Shown: positions 13,991 through 26,500 of the stretch, piece after piece | Layout: each line of letters starts with the position of its first letter | Numbering within the stretch: the stretch's first letter is position 1 | Assembly (NCBI GenBank): GCA_051362555.1 | Contig: CM120644.1 | Span: 752,954-816,953 of the forward strand | Reading direction: 5' to 3' | Source: Lingula anatina | Taxonomy: Eukaryota > Animalia > Brachiopoda | Length of the DNA: 64,000 nt | Notes under the pieces: model-generated | What the model saw: only the letters and a program-made list of their open reading frames with translations | Told to the model about the DNA's origin: nothing | Database searches by the model: none | Position numbers and translations under genes: made by a program

Positions 13991-14527
13991 CTAATTTTGG
14001 ATTTTGGATCCCTGCATTGGGTCAGTATATGAGGATAAAGAGAAAACACATCAGTTTAGACCCCCTCCCCCACAAATCTGAGGTCACAGGTACCGGTGAG
14101 TTGCTCCCCGGAATTTTGCTGTTGGGGTACCAAAAAAAAAAAAAAAAAAGGAAATAGCAGTATTTGTGGTTGAGGTATTTTTTTTTGCTTGATTAAACCT
14201 TTCTGTTCAATACTAAAATAAGTCATCACTTAATTCTCATCTAATGTACTAGTAAACTTTACTGGAAGTTCAATTTTGAATACAGAACTTTGGATTTTCT
14301 TTTGGTGGTGGTGGTGTTGGGGGGGGGGGGGAGGGAAGCGGGGGGGGTGGGGGGAGGGTACAATAACGCCGTGGTCTATAATTAAAAATCATATGTTGAC
14401 TTGAGCATCCATGCTTGCTATTTTGCTCACAAGCAAGTTCAAAGTATATGTACTGTTTATTTTATGATACAATATCATATATAATTTTTCAATCCTGTCA
14501 CTATTTCCTGCTGAAGGTTGTTGCACC

Positions 14528-17500
14528 ATGTCTAGCAGTCAGAGCAGTAGCAGTCCTGGACGACTGAACAAGATGCAGCAGACACTGGCACTGATGCAGA
14601 AAAGCTTAGAGTGCTCAATATGGTATGTTAGTAACATGCTTTAGTTTGCAGAATGAAAAGCATAGAGATTTCTCCTATTGTACATGCTTTTAAGCAATTA
14701 AAATTGCACTTAAATAAAATAAGATTTGTAAACTTTTTGCCTTCTATGATGAATTGTCTGTTCGGATCCTCTAAATACTACAGGTGTTATAGACTTAAGT
14801 TAGTGGATATAGAAACTATGATTTTTTATGTATGAAAAGTGAATCATCATTAGCATTTGGCAAATTTAATGCTAACACCACCAATAGTATGTTCTCAGTA
14901 GTTGTGAATGATGAAGAGATAAATCTGTTAATTAATGTATTAATGAAATATAATGAGTCTTCTCCTTTCCTCTTCAGCCTGGAGCTAATGAAGAACCCAG
15001 TATCAACCAAATGTGATCACCAGTTCTGCAGGTAAAACTGAATATTCATTTTGATTTTGAAGGAACATTATTATGTGTTTTGTCTAAAATCTCTGTTTAT
15101 ATAATCCTGCTCTAGATACTCTGCAAAAAAATACTTCTTGTCTATGATATTTTTTCTCCAAATTAGTAATAGATTTTGGAGGGAAACTAGTTACATGTTT
15201 TAAATTGATCTTTGTGATCTCGAGGCAGGGGTTAACCAGTTTTTTTAATGGGGAGTTCAAAATCATTTACTCATGACACACAGATAAACCAATTATAAAA
15301 TTGTGCTTGACTGGGATCTCTTAAAAGTTGACGTACAGTTTTATAACCTGGGCTCATAATCAAGCTGTTTATATCATAAAATGTAACACAAAGGCATTGT
15401 TTAAAATTTGATGTCTGTTTTCCAGGTTTTGTGTCACAGAATACTTAAGAAACAAACCCTCAGCTCCATGTCCACTCTGCAAGAAAAACATCACAAAAAG
15501 GTAATTTAGTAGTATAATAACACTTATATCATGAATGGAATAGAAATGGAGACAATTCATCTCATTATTTTGGTATTACTTTTTTGTTTTGAGCTGCAAA
15601 AGATAATGAAGGAATTTATTTAGTTTGACTTATATCTGTTATGTACTTTTTTAGCTAGAAAAGTTAAAGGGATAATAACTCTTCATTTCGGCTAAAAAAA
15701 GAATTTTCCTGGAGTAAACAACAATTTTCCCATACTTACCAATGGTTAATAAATCCATTTTTACATACAAAGTTAGTCCCTGGTTTTTTTCTAAAAAGTT
15801 TGGTTTTTTGTTAAAATCTCTTAAGAGATTTTAACAGAGTATAGCCATCAATGGAGGTCACGTTGTTTAAAGACAAGCTCAAATATCAGAATTTCGAGCT
15901 ATAACTGCAGTTTTTGTGGTAAAACAGAAAATATTATATTTCTATGAGTTATTCACAATGTTTTTATTGTGAAATATAGATCTTAAGAAGAGTTATTATC
16001 CCTTTAAGTTATTCAGAGTGAACATTAAAAGAAATTTTCTATCTGTCTTAACTCAAACCCCGCTATTTTTAGGAGCCTCAGTGCCAGAAATAAACTGTCC
16101 CAGATTGTGGACGCAATCAGAAAACTTGTGGAAGCTTTTCAAGAAGATTCAGGAATCCTCTGTAAGTTGTTTTATATTATATAACATCATCCAAAGTCAT
16201 CTGCATTAAAATCCCTGGTTACATATTTATTATAGGAGGGTGGTGAAGAGGTATTAATGTAACTGTGGAAGACTAAAGTAAGCAGTACAAATGGCTTTCT
16301 TTCCTCTCGTAATAAGTTGTGAAAATGTGAAACACATTTATTTGTGACTTATAAACTACATAACAAATCAGACACTGCACCATCTATGAACCACCATCAA
16401 AAAGTAGTGCATGAGTCCTGTTATTTAGTATCTAATTTAAAGCAATAATAACTCTTCCGTTGAGATTCAAAATTCCGCATGAAATACATTGTAAACAACG
16501 CATGGAAATATATTCTATTGTATTTTACCACTAAAACGGCCGTTATTGTAGTAAAACTAAAATCTGTGCTTGTCAATGGGGCTTACGATGCTTTTCTTCC
16601 CAGTCATCAAGGCATTCGTTGCTGATGACGTAATGGTGTCACGCGGATTCTCGCGTTCATTCGAGACCAAAATAACATGGCGGGAAACCCTCAGACGTAA
16701 GTTGCCAGTTTTTGTACAGTGCGTCGGATAACGAAAAGCCCAGAATGGCACACATTGTGGATATAAATGCATTTTTAACAAAAAGACGAATATATCTCAT
16801 GAATCTTATATAGTGTTGTTGTTGTCTGCTTTTCCCGCGGTTTTAAGTAGGTCACCAGTGACTTTGCAATGTCAGAGAGAGCTCCGTCATTTAAAATCTC
16901 TTAAGAGATTTTAACAAAAAACCGTACGTTTAGGAAAAAAACCCTGGATTAACTTTGAATGCAGGAATGGGGTCGTTGACCATTGGTAAGTACGGGAAAA
17001 TTGCCGTTTTTTCCAGGAAAATCCAATTTTTGGCCAAAACGAAGAGTTATTATGACTTTAAGAATCTATTTTGGTTTATCGAGGAAAGAGTTATGTATCA
17101 ACAATGTAACTGTAATTATTGTCTACACAATTTAAAAGTGCTGCTTGTACCTTTATATATAATTGAATCTCACCTGTAGATGGGTGGGGAGGGGGGGATT
17201 CCATGAAAATGGGTAAAATTTTATCATGGTACACATGGTTTTAGTGTTAAAAGGTCCATTAAATAAAAAAAAAAAAAGAATGCACACTTTGAAATTGCTG
17301 GATACAGGCCTGTTAATGGACAATATTAGAGAGCTTTCGCACCTGCACGTTTAGGCGACCGACTACATTTAGCTATCCGTAACCGTAAAATGACCAACGT
17401 TTATTTTTTCGTGATTTCGCAGAAAGACCCGGTTAGCCTTTACGGATAGTCGAATTGCACAGTAGCTGAAACATGTTTCACGTGCTGTAAGCAGAGACGT

Positions 17501-20500
17501 TCAATTACCGTAGGTCATACGCCATTGGACAGGTTAGGTAATTTTGGAATGGTCTTCCATACGCAATTTATGGAGATCAGGTGTAACGAAACTCAGGGTT
17601 CGTGTAGCAGAAAGTCCGCCTCCCATATAGTTATTAACGGTTAGGGCTGGCCTGACCTTAGTGGTCAAAATCTAGGCCGAGGCTCACCTGTACAAGTGAA
17701 TGGGAAGCGGACTCTCTGTTACGTTACACTGGTCTTCTGGTCAACTGCCATACCTGTGTGTATGGCAATCAGACGAGTCGGTACTTTTATCTAGATCCTC
17801 CCACCTTGGAGGACTATTTAGCATGAACTGTACACGTATACATTGTGCGTATGGAAAATTAAATAGTAGAATGTAAAATTTATACCGCAAGCAAACATTT
17901 ATTTAATTGAAATCTTGAATAAAAAACAATGTTTTAACAAAGATTCAGCCCATGTGTATCTTGTAGGCAGCAAGAGCATAGTATGTCAATTCAGTTTCTC
18001 ATCTCCATCATTTGTTTGTCTTTCTCAATTTGAGCTTCTGGCTCTTTCTTTTCTAATTCAAAGCCTTCTTTCTAGAAGGCTTGTCTTTCAGGTAACTGAC
18101 GTAATCTGCTGATGAATCAGTACGGCTCTTCTTAAGAGGCGGCATGTTGTCCCAATTTTCAGTTGAAAAAATAAGCGTATCACCAATTAATGCAGCGTCA
18201 GTTTTTGCTACTGATATAATAAATATTAATCAACATTTGCTATTAGAGACACTTACATGTATAGAAAGATGCGCTGTCCTTACTTTTATTTATTATTCAT
18301 TCATTCAAATACACAAAACAGGACGACATGTGACTTTCGAAATAAGGCTTCATAAAATTTGCATTAAAGGTCAAAGAGACATGTCCTGTCAACTACAGGA
18401 AAAAATCGAGCTACTAGTAGTATCTTACTAAACGGCACTTACCTTACGGATATCCTGCGTCTTATGCGTCAACTGCAGACGGCTAGTCTACAGACCACTT
18501 ATAAAGACATGTGTACTCGTAACAACTGCTCACAAATTGATGACCTAACAGTCTTATCATACAATCAGTCACGCGTGCGGAAGGCCAGTTCTGACTGCCT
18601 TGTGGTCAGTGGAAAATGCCCTTTTTACGGGTAAAATCTATATTTCAATAGTATCAAAATGACAGAGACAAAATGACAGAGACAAAATGTTTCACGTATA
18701 TTGCAAAAATGAAATATCCAATATGATTTTAGAAGAGAAACGATCAATTTTAAAAGGCTTGATTTCATAAAACTATGCTGATTTGTCAAACCGTTTTTCA
18801 TTGACGGATAGCAATCTAGCCGCAGATAAGGTTCTCTCTAACCGTATATGTACACGTCACTAGACAGCAACATATGATGACCTAAACGTAGTCGTCTGCC
18901 TAAACGTACAGATGCGAAAGCTCTCTAATATTAAGTATGACCTCTTTCTTCAGTTTCTCCACCCCGTGGACCTGGTAGTGACGTGTTTAGCTGCACCCCG
19001 CAGATGAAGGGAAGTCCCAGGATCACATCACCGGGGGGCAGAAAACGCAGCAGTCCGCAGAAGGTATAGTGTACTGTATCTCTGGATAAAACATGGCAGA
19101 AATAGGAAAGATATTTGACCATGTACTGCTTTTACAATAGGAATCTAAGTGTTGAATAAAAGTACATTTTTCCAAAAGTTTTTTGTCCCAATTATATCGA
19201 GAATCTGAAGTGAAACGATGACTTTTCCAGCAAGGAATTCTAACAGGCAGATCAGTATCACAAGGCATTTAATCTTATTCCTGGGGAAGGTTTACTGGAG
19301 TTGAAATAAAAATATCAGTTTCAGTATCTGTCTTACAAAGTTCAAGATAAAATTTATTATCAAATTACTTCCGATTATAATTAATTTGATTTTTGATTAT
19401 TTTCTCTAGGAATATTTGGCTGAAGAAAATGTTGTGAATGAGAAAAATAGAAAGAACTTGCGCTATGGCAAACGGAAGAAGCCTGAGGGCCAGGACCTTG
19501 TGTATATTGAAGGTCAGTTCTTATGAGGGGGAACACTGACCACTTGTATCAGGGACTGGCCAGTTCTAGTTATTATTCAGGTTGTTGACTTGTATCACTG
19601 TTCAGATTGACAAATTGTTCCTTGACCTATGCCAGTGAATGTCTTCACGGGGGTAGACTTGGACAGGACCACTTCTCACTATTAGTGTTTATGGTTACCT
19701 TTCAGTGTTGAGCTACAACAAAGGAAAAATATTGAGTTCTCTCAGATAGGCATCAGAATGATATGAGGATGATTATTACCAAAGAAATGTAGAAATGTTA
19801 AAATTCATCATATTTTACATCTTACTTACCCACCTTACTAAACTGTCAAACTGCTACAGAAATGCCATAGTTTATTATGACTTTCAGAAAAGTTTTTGCT
19901 TAGTTATTATCAGGCCTACCCAACTACCAGACTCGGCACCGAATGATCGCATTACACAGTATCAGATGCGACACTGCTCTTGCCTAGTACGCGATGTGAT
20001 AGTGACGATTCTCAGCGGGGTTGAAAAGTATTGCATCACCACTCAAAATTTGTTCGGGGTATGATACTGTGAAATGCGTACTGACTCACACCTTGAAAAC
20101 GGGTAGTGTGGTCTGATCTACCGGTGAATTCGGGATCATTCGGTGCGGAGTCTGGTAGTTGGGTAGGCCTGATTATGCCATATTTGATTTGATTTCAGAT
20201 GGTGTTAATGAAGAGAGTGGTCAGCACACAGTGGTGGCTAACACCAACATTCAGTAAGTTTATTAATATACAGATGCCCAGATTCTAACCTATGTATACA
20301 CTAAATTTTTGAAAGATGGAGACTTATCTTGTTAAGTGCTTTCCATGATTTTTGTGCTCAGAATTATTCTGGGTCTTAATATATCCAAGTAAAAACAACT
20401 CTTATTGTTAATGAGCAAAAATGTTCATTAGCTTGGTTGTAGGATATACATGAAAATTCTCAAACACAAGCCAAAAAAATTTCCATACCGTTAGGTTACG

Positions 20501-23500
20501 GCCAACCTGGTCGAAGGCCTTTATCAGACTGATGTGAGTAGTTGTTGTTATTATTGTTATAAGTAGTTAGGTTGGCCTTAAGCTAATGGTACGGAAGTTT
20601 TTTGGCTTGTTTGAAAATTTTCATGTATAAACTCTTATTGTTATCATATTGGATTCAATTTTTATTTAAGCTCATAATTTCAGATAAAGTATTTTTCTGC
20701 ACACATTTTTCCTTAAATTTTAACTGAATTAGTTGTTTATTTGATGGGAAACAATGTTTTTTGTTTTTATTTTTGTGAAATAAAAGGACAACTTTCATGC
20801 ATTTGAGACACTAAATTAAGCATTTTAATATTTAGAAAAACTGGAAAATGAATGATGACAAAAATCCCAAATAAAAAAATTTCTAGAATTCTGTTTCAGC
20901 TTGTGCAGAACCCACCTCTCTGCCCATATTTTCACTTATTGCCAGTTTAAGTTGATACATTTGAATGTCTGAATTATCTCCTGCTTTTTCAGTTCATCTT
21001 TTCCCAGAGCTAAACAAACCAAAGGAAAAAGATCCAGAAACATCAGCGGTGCCAGCAACAACAGTAACAGCAGCAGTAACAACAGACAGCGTAGCACAGC
21101 GACCAGAAGGGGAAGGAGAAGCAGAACAAACAACAGAAATCAGGAGAATGTGGTGCCATCTATTGACCAGGTTGCACAGTACCTTGTAGATGGACCACTG
21201 GGCGGAGTCACCAGTCAAGACAAGCCCATTGCAAATCCTCTTGTGAACAGGCGATCAACCAGATCTAGACAGTTCAGACAAGACCCAGAGGCTTTACGAA
21301 GTTATCTTGAAAATACCTCATTTTCAGAAGAATTTCTTGACAGTCCACCAGTTATAGAAAATCATGTTTCATCTTTTTTACCTCAACAAGAAAATGAGAA
21401 GACAGATGGAGGAGGCGTTCTAGATTTTGTTTGTGACACTGTTGAGGGAGAGAAGGACAGCGCCTCATCTAAAGATGAAAAGCTGAAAACGGTTGAAGAA
21501 GATAGTCATACTTTACATGCAGAGCCCATCACTAAAAATGTTGACAACAACGAAAGGAAAATTTTAAGAAACAGAGAAGCAGATGAAATTGTAACGATGA
21601 AGCCTCCTCACAAAGAAATGTTTTCTGAATCCACAGAGGAGAGACTGGTAGAGGATGCCTGCCATAGAGTTACGGGAGCAGGTATCCTGGAGAGAAGGCA
21701 GTCCATAGAGAGAGTCCAGGACTGGTTGACCAATCATGTGCAAGATGATGTGTCACAAGATAGTGGCAATTATGGGATAGGTGCCTTGGGAAGTACTGAA
21801 GGTGGCGCTGAATCCATGACAGCTCAGGGTCAGGTTGAATCAGAATGCAACGATGGACATGAATTAATCAAGAATCAGTTGAATTCACTGAACCAAACCT
21901 CCAATGATGTTGACAACCAAAATGAATTTACAGGACAAGGAGCTACCTCTCCGCTTTCCTTGGGAAAGAAAATATTCAGGACTAGATTTATCACAAGAGA
22001 TGAGAAAAAGGACACATTCCAGAAAATGTCTGCTGCTCAGGAGGTGACTTTCACACAGGAAGACCCGTACGAGTTTGTAGTTAGTCAACACACCCCTAGG
22101 AAGCCTAAAGGAAGACGAGGGAGAGGACGAGGTGGGGGAAGGAGAGAGTCACAGAGACAGGAAAAGGCAAAGAAGCAACAAGAATTAAACAGGGCAAAAG
22201 TTGAGACATTAATGGAGGCAGATACCACTTTATTTGCTGTTCCAGATGAGAAAGAACAAGATAAGGGCACCGAAAGAAGGAGGAGACCTAGAAGCAAGAA
22301 TAGACCGGAAACAGTTCCTGAGGAGAGCCAGTCCACCCAATCAGACGTACAGAAAATGATTGATAAAATAAGTGAAGCAGAATCCCATGAACTCATGCTT
22401 AGTCAGGCTTTTAGAGAACAGCAAGCAGATATGGAAGAGGCCTGTCTTGCTGGTGCTGCAGAAACAGAGATACAGAGTGAAAATTTGGTGCCACCTTCAG
22501 TTGATATATGTAATGAAAGAAGAACTATTTTGCTCCCCTCTAATGGCCAGGAACCTCTCTGCTCAAAAGATAATAATGACAGTGAACAGGAATTGAAAGA
22601 AAGTGTACAAGCCAGTGACAAAAAGTCCAACAAGCTGGGCCTAATACAAAAAGCAACGAGTAGTAACAGGAATGGTTCAGCAGTGAAGAAAATTGCACCA
22701 GCTGATTGGTCAAGCACGAAAGAAATGGCCAAAGACTTGCAGAAAAAGAAAACTCCAACAAAACTGAAGCTTGCCACTCATGGGAATAAGTCGTCGCTGT
22801 CTAAAAAGAGAATCATTTCTTTTCCGTGTGTGGAAAACTCTGATCAAGAAATGGAAGAGGAGGTGCAAATCATGGATCCCACGACTCCCTGTATTCCAGT
22901 AACTGATGAAGGTTTGTTGAAGATGGACTGTTGTTGTCCCAGTATAATTTCTTTGTATAAAGAATATTTATTTTTCTTTAATCTATTAAAAATTGGCCAG
23001 AAATTCTTAAGATGTTAAAATTTTCATAAGCAAAATTATAATAGTGAGTTATCTTTATATAAACATTGTCCAAGCAAACACAGAACTTCATTATAATGTT
23101 ACCATAACGTTTTAATAACCAAAAAAGTTATGGTAAAGTGTTCTTGTTAGGTGGGTGGTGTATAAGGCTAAGACTTGGCTCCTTTCCCTCTCCTCAAAAA
23201 TATTTGCTGTTCAGGAGAGGTAATTAGATGCAGACAACTTCCGATCAGTTATTAAAACTATAGTGGGAAATTTATGTAAAATATTTTCACCAAATGTAAA
23301 ATACTCTATACTATACAAAATTTGCTGTATTTTTCCTTCATTAATTTATTATTTCAGATACCGTTTCACCTTCACTTCAGTCCTCTGTAGTTAAAGATAT
23401 GCATGAAGATGACAGAGAACGGGGCTCAGACACAGAATCTGTAGATTTGGCACTATCTCAAGTAGAATTTCACAAATCCAACCTAGGTAAGAACATCCAT

Positions 23501-26500
23501 GTTAATGGGACTTTCCTATCTTTTATGTTTTAGGATAATTAAAAGCCTCTACCTGCATAACTCTTTTGTAAGTTTTGTTTCTCAAAATTTTGAGGAAACT
23601 TCTTTGTTTATACCATTCTTTAATTTATACCATCAAGGAAAAATCCTATTGCTAGTTTTATGGATAAAAATTCCAATTATTAGCTGAAAGTATTGTTTGT
23701 ACAAGATTATTCAGCACACTTGCATATGTTGTTTAACCCCATAGCGCCTGACAGCATCTGACCTAGAAAGTGCCCTTGGTCCTGAGCCCTCTACACGGAC
23801 GCACTCAATTTTACAGGCGGCCTCATTTAAGCAATGATAATGTATACACTTGTCTAGAAAACACCTAAGAACTGTACATTTTTAGAAAGCCAACAATGTA
23901 AGCTTTAAAGTCATAACAGTTTTATTCATATTTGTTAACTTAGGTAGAAATAGCAGGAGTTTAAATATGAGACTTGCTTTTCTCGAAGAGAAGTAAAAAA
24001 CAAAACTTTAATTTCAGCATACACATTCTTTTTCACTTTACCAAACAATTTGTTGAAATTTTCTCAGAAACATTCGAAATATATTTTAAATAATGTCAGA
24101 AAATTTCAGAAAGATATCTTATTTAGTTTTTGAGTTATAATGAATTTCCTGGGATGTGTGCTGTACCTAAAAACCTTCATCACGTCAGCTAGTTGCACAA
24201 TATACTGGCGGGCTAGCTGACTGGAAGACTTCCACCTAATTACGTTTATAATTACAAATAGATTGTAAATTAAGTACCTTTTTTAATAGTTCTTCTATAT
24301 TTTTTTCATCAACTGAACCAGGATACTCATAAAATTTTGTTTTGCACTCAAATCATACATGTATACAAGAATACAAACAATATCATGAGCAAATATTACA
24401 CTTTCGTGAATAAAAATTGCATCATAAAAATACAAGCAAACGTGGAATTTGTACTAATACACAAGCAGGAAAAGACATGTTGATACAGCGCACTAGTAAA
24501 CATATTACATCTGTATTTATACTCAAGCAGGAAAAGCCATACGTAGATGCAGCACACAAGTAAACATATGTCATTTGTACTTATACATAAGCAGGAAAAG
24601 ACATGTTGATGCAGTACAACGTAACATATTACATTTGTATTTATGCACAAGCAGGAAAAGACATGTTGATACAGCACACAAGGCAACATTTAGCCTGACT
24701 TGCCACGGAACGTTTACAGTCATTTTATCAGCAATATAGCCCTTCCAATTACTATTGTCGTCTGCTTGGTTACTGCCGTTATTATCATCAGCGTTTTTCA
24801 TAAATCAAGCCCCACGTCCGAATCTGCTCTCTGACAACTCATACTAGCCAAAGGTACATAATCTTTGAAGTTATCGGAGTATCAAAATCTATCAAGGACA
24901 CTTCCCTGAAGTCTGAATTTTCTAACAAGACTAGAACATTTCTCAAACCATAATTTCTGTGGACTTCTCGTCGCCATTTTGACTTCTTAGCGCCTCGACA
25001 ATGGTTGAAATAAATCGCTTTTTCATTATCTAATTCTTGCTACACGTCTTTCAAAAGCCGGTAGTAAACAAAAAACTAACATTGAGTTGTTCTTGTGATA
25101 GAAGCATGAATTGTTACAAACAACAGAGGACAGTACAAGCATGTAAACACAGAAACCGCGTATATGCGGTTCCCGGCACTGAGGACTTTTTAAAATGAAC
25201 CGCATATGTGCGGTTCCCGGCGCTATGGGGTTAACTTTCTTGTAGTTTGTGATGTTTTTGTGGAAATATCTTATTCCAATGTTACACATTGTTAATTTCA
25301 CTGTTTTTTTATGATTTATAGATAGGTTTTATCAAATATTCCAGATGTTGATCCAGAACCTGTCAGTACTGCCAAGTCTGGTGACCTTGAGGTCAGTGGT
25401 AAGAGAGAGTCTGGAGAAACAGAACAGAGCGAGTCGCTGCTGTTGCTACGGCAACAGTCAATAGACCCTGCATGTATGAAGGTTGCCTCTGTGGAGACTA
25501 TATCTTTGTCATCTCAGGATGAGGCAGTCAGTCCAGGTCACTTAGGTCAAGGTAATCTAATCAAAGGTCAAGTTGAAGGTCATATAGGTGAAGTTCAAGG
25601 TCAAAATTCCAATACCAAAGACTTCCCTTTGACGGAGGATTGTGTGGTTTTGGTCACACAGGAAGATCAAGCACCTGCAGGTGTACCAAAACCCTCGATG
25701 TTCAATCAAATGAAAGGTGAATTTTCTCAGAACCATGATGCACCAGCAAAGATGGTTGACGATGAAGAAGATGTGGATAAAAGCTGTTCTGAAGTAGGAG
25801 AAAATGTTGTGGCTGAGCTTTCTGAGAAGACCAAGTCCCCAGTGAAAATCATTCCAGAGTCAGATGAAAATATCTGTTCAGAGAAAGAAGAAGTTGGTAC
25901 CACCGCATCCCGTCCTCTTGAAAAACTGGAGTATCCACATCTTGATGTCACTCTGCACATAAAAAAATCCAATAGAAAAACATTTTCTTTGGACCCAGTC
26001 ACCCCTTCCAAACCAGGAAGTGAACCAACCAAACCAGGAAGTGAGAAAGTTAAAAGGACATCAGCAAGTAAATTTGTGTTGCCATCCCTTGATGACAGTT
26101 TATTTGAGAACACCCCCCTGCTCAGCCCACTGGGAGATAACCTGGAGATGCCCACTGTGGGTGAGTCTCAATACAACATACACGGTTCTAGTCCAAGTGA
26201 GAAACTGGGGGCAACTTGTGACAAGGACCTCAAAGGTTGCCAAGACTCTCAGGGTTCAGGTTCTAACATGGGGAAAGATGTACAGTTAGTGACATTGTGT
26301 ATGGAGCAGAGTCCAGTCATTGACAGTACACCCTGTGGGTCACAGGGAATGGGCTCCAGCCAGGAAAAAATTGGGATAAAAGTCAGTGAAGAGAATAATG
26401 TACTAAATGCCAGTTTTGAGTCAGCGTGTGTGATCTCAGATGATATTGTTCCTGCAACTGAGGGTGCCTCTCGGGATGACTCGCCTGCTTTTATAGTGCC

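Noticed and set aside
23070-23156. Short decayed TIR fragments here and at about 17180-17312, 43735-43875, 57290-57395 and 60421-60565
   Set aside because: Too degenerate or one-ended to assign boundaries or family with confidence.
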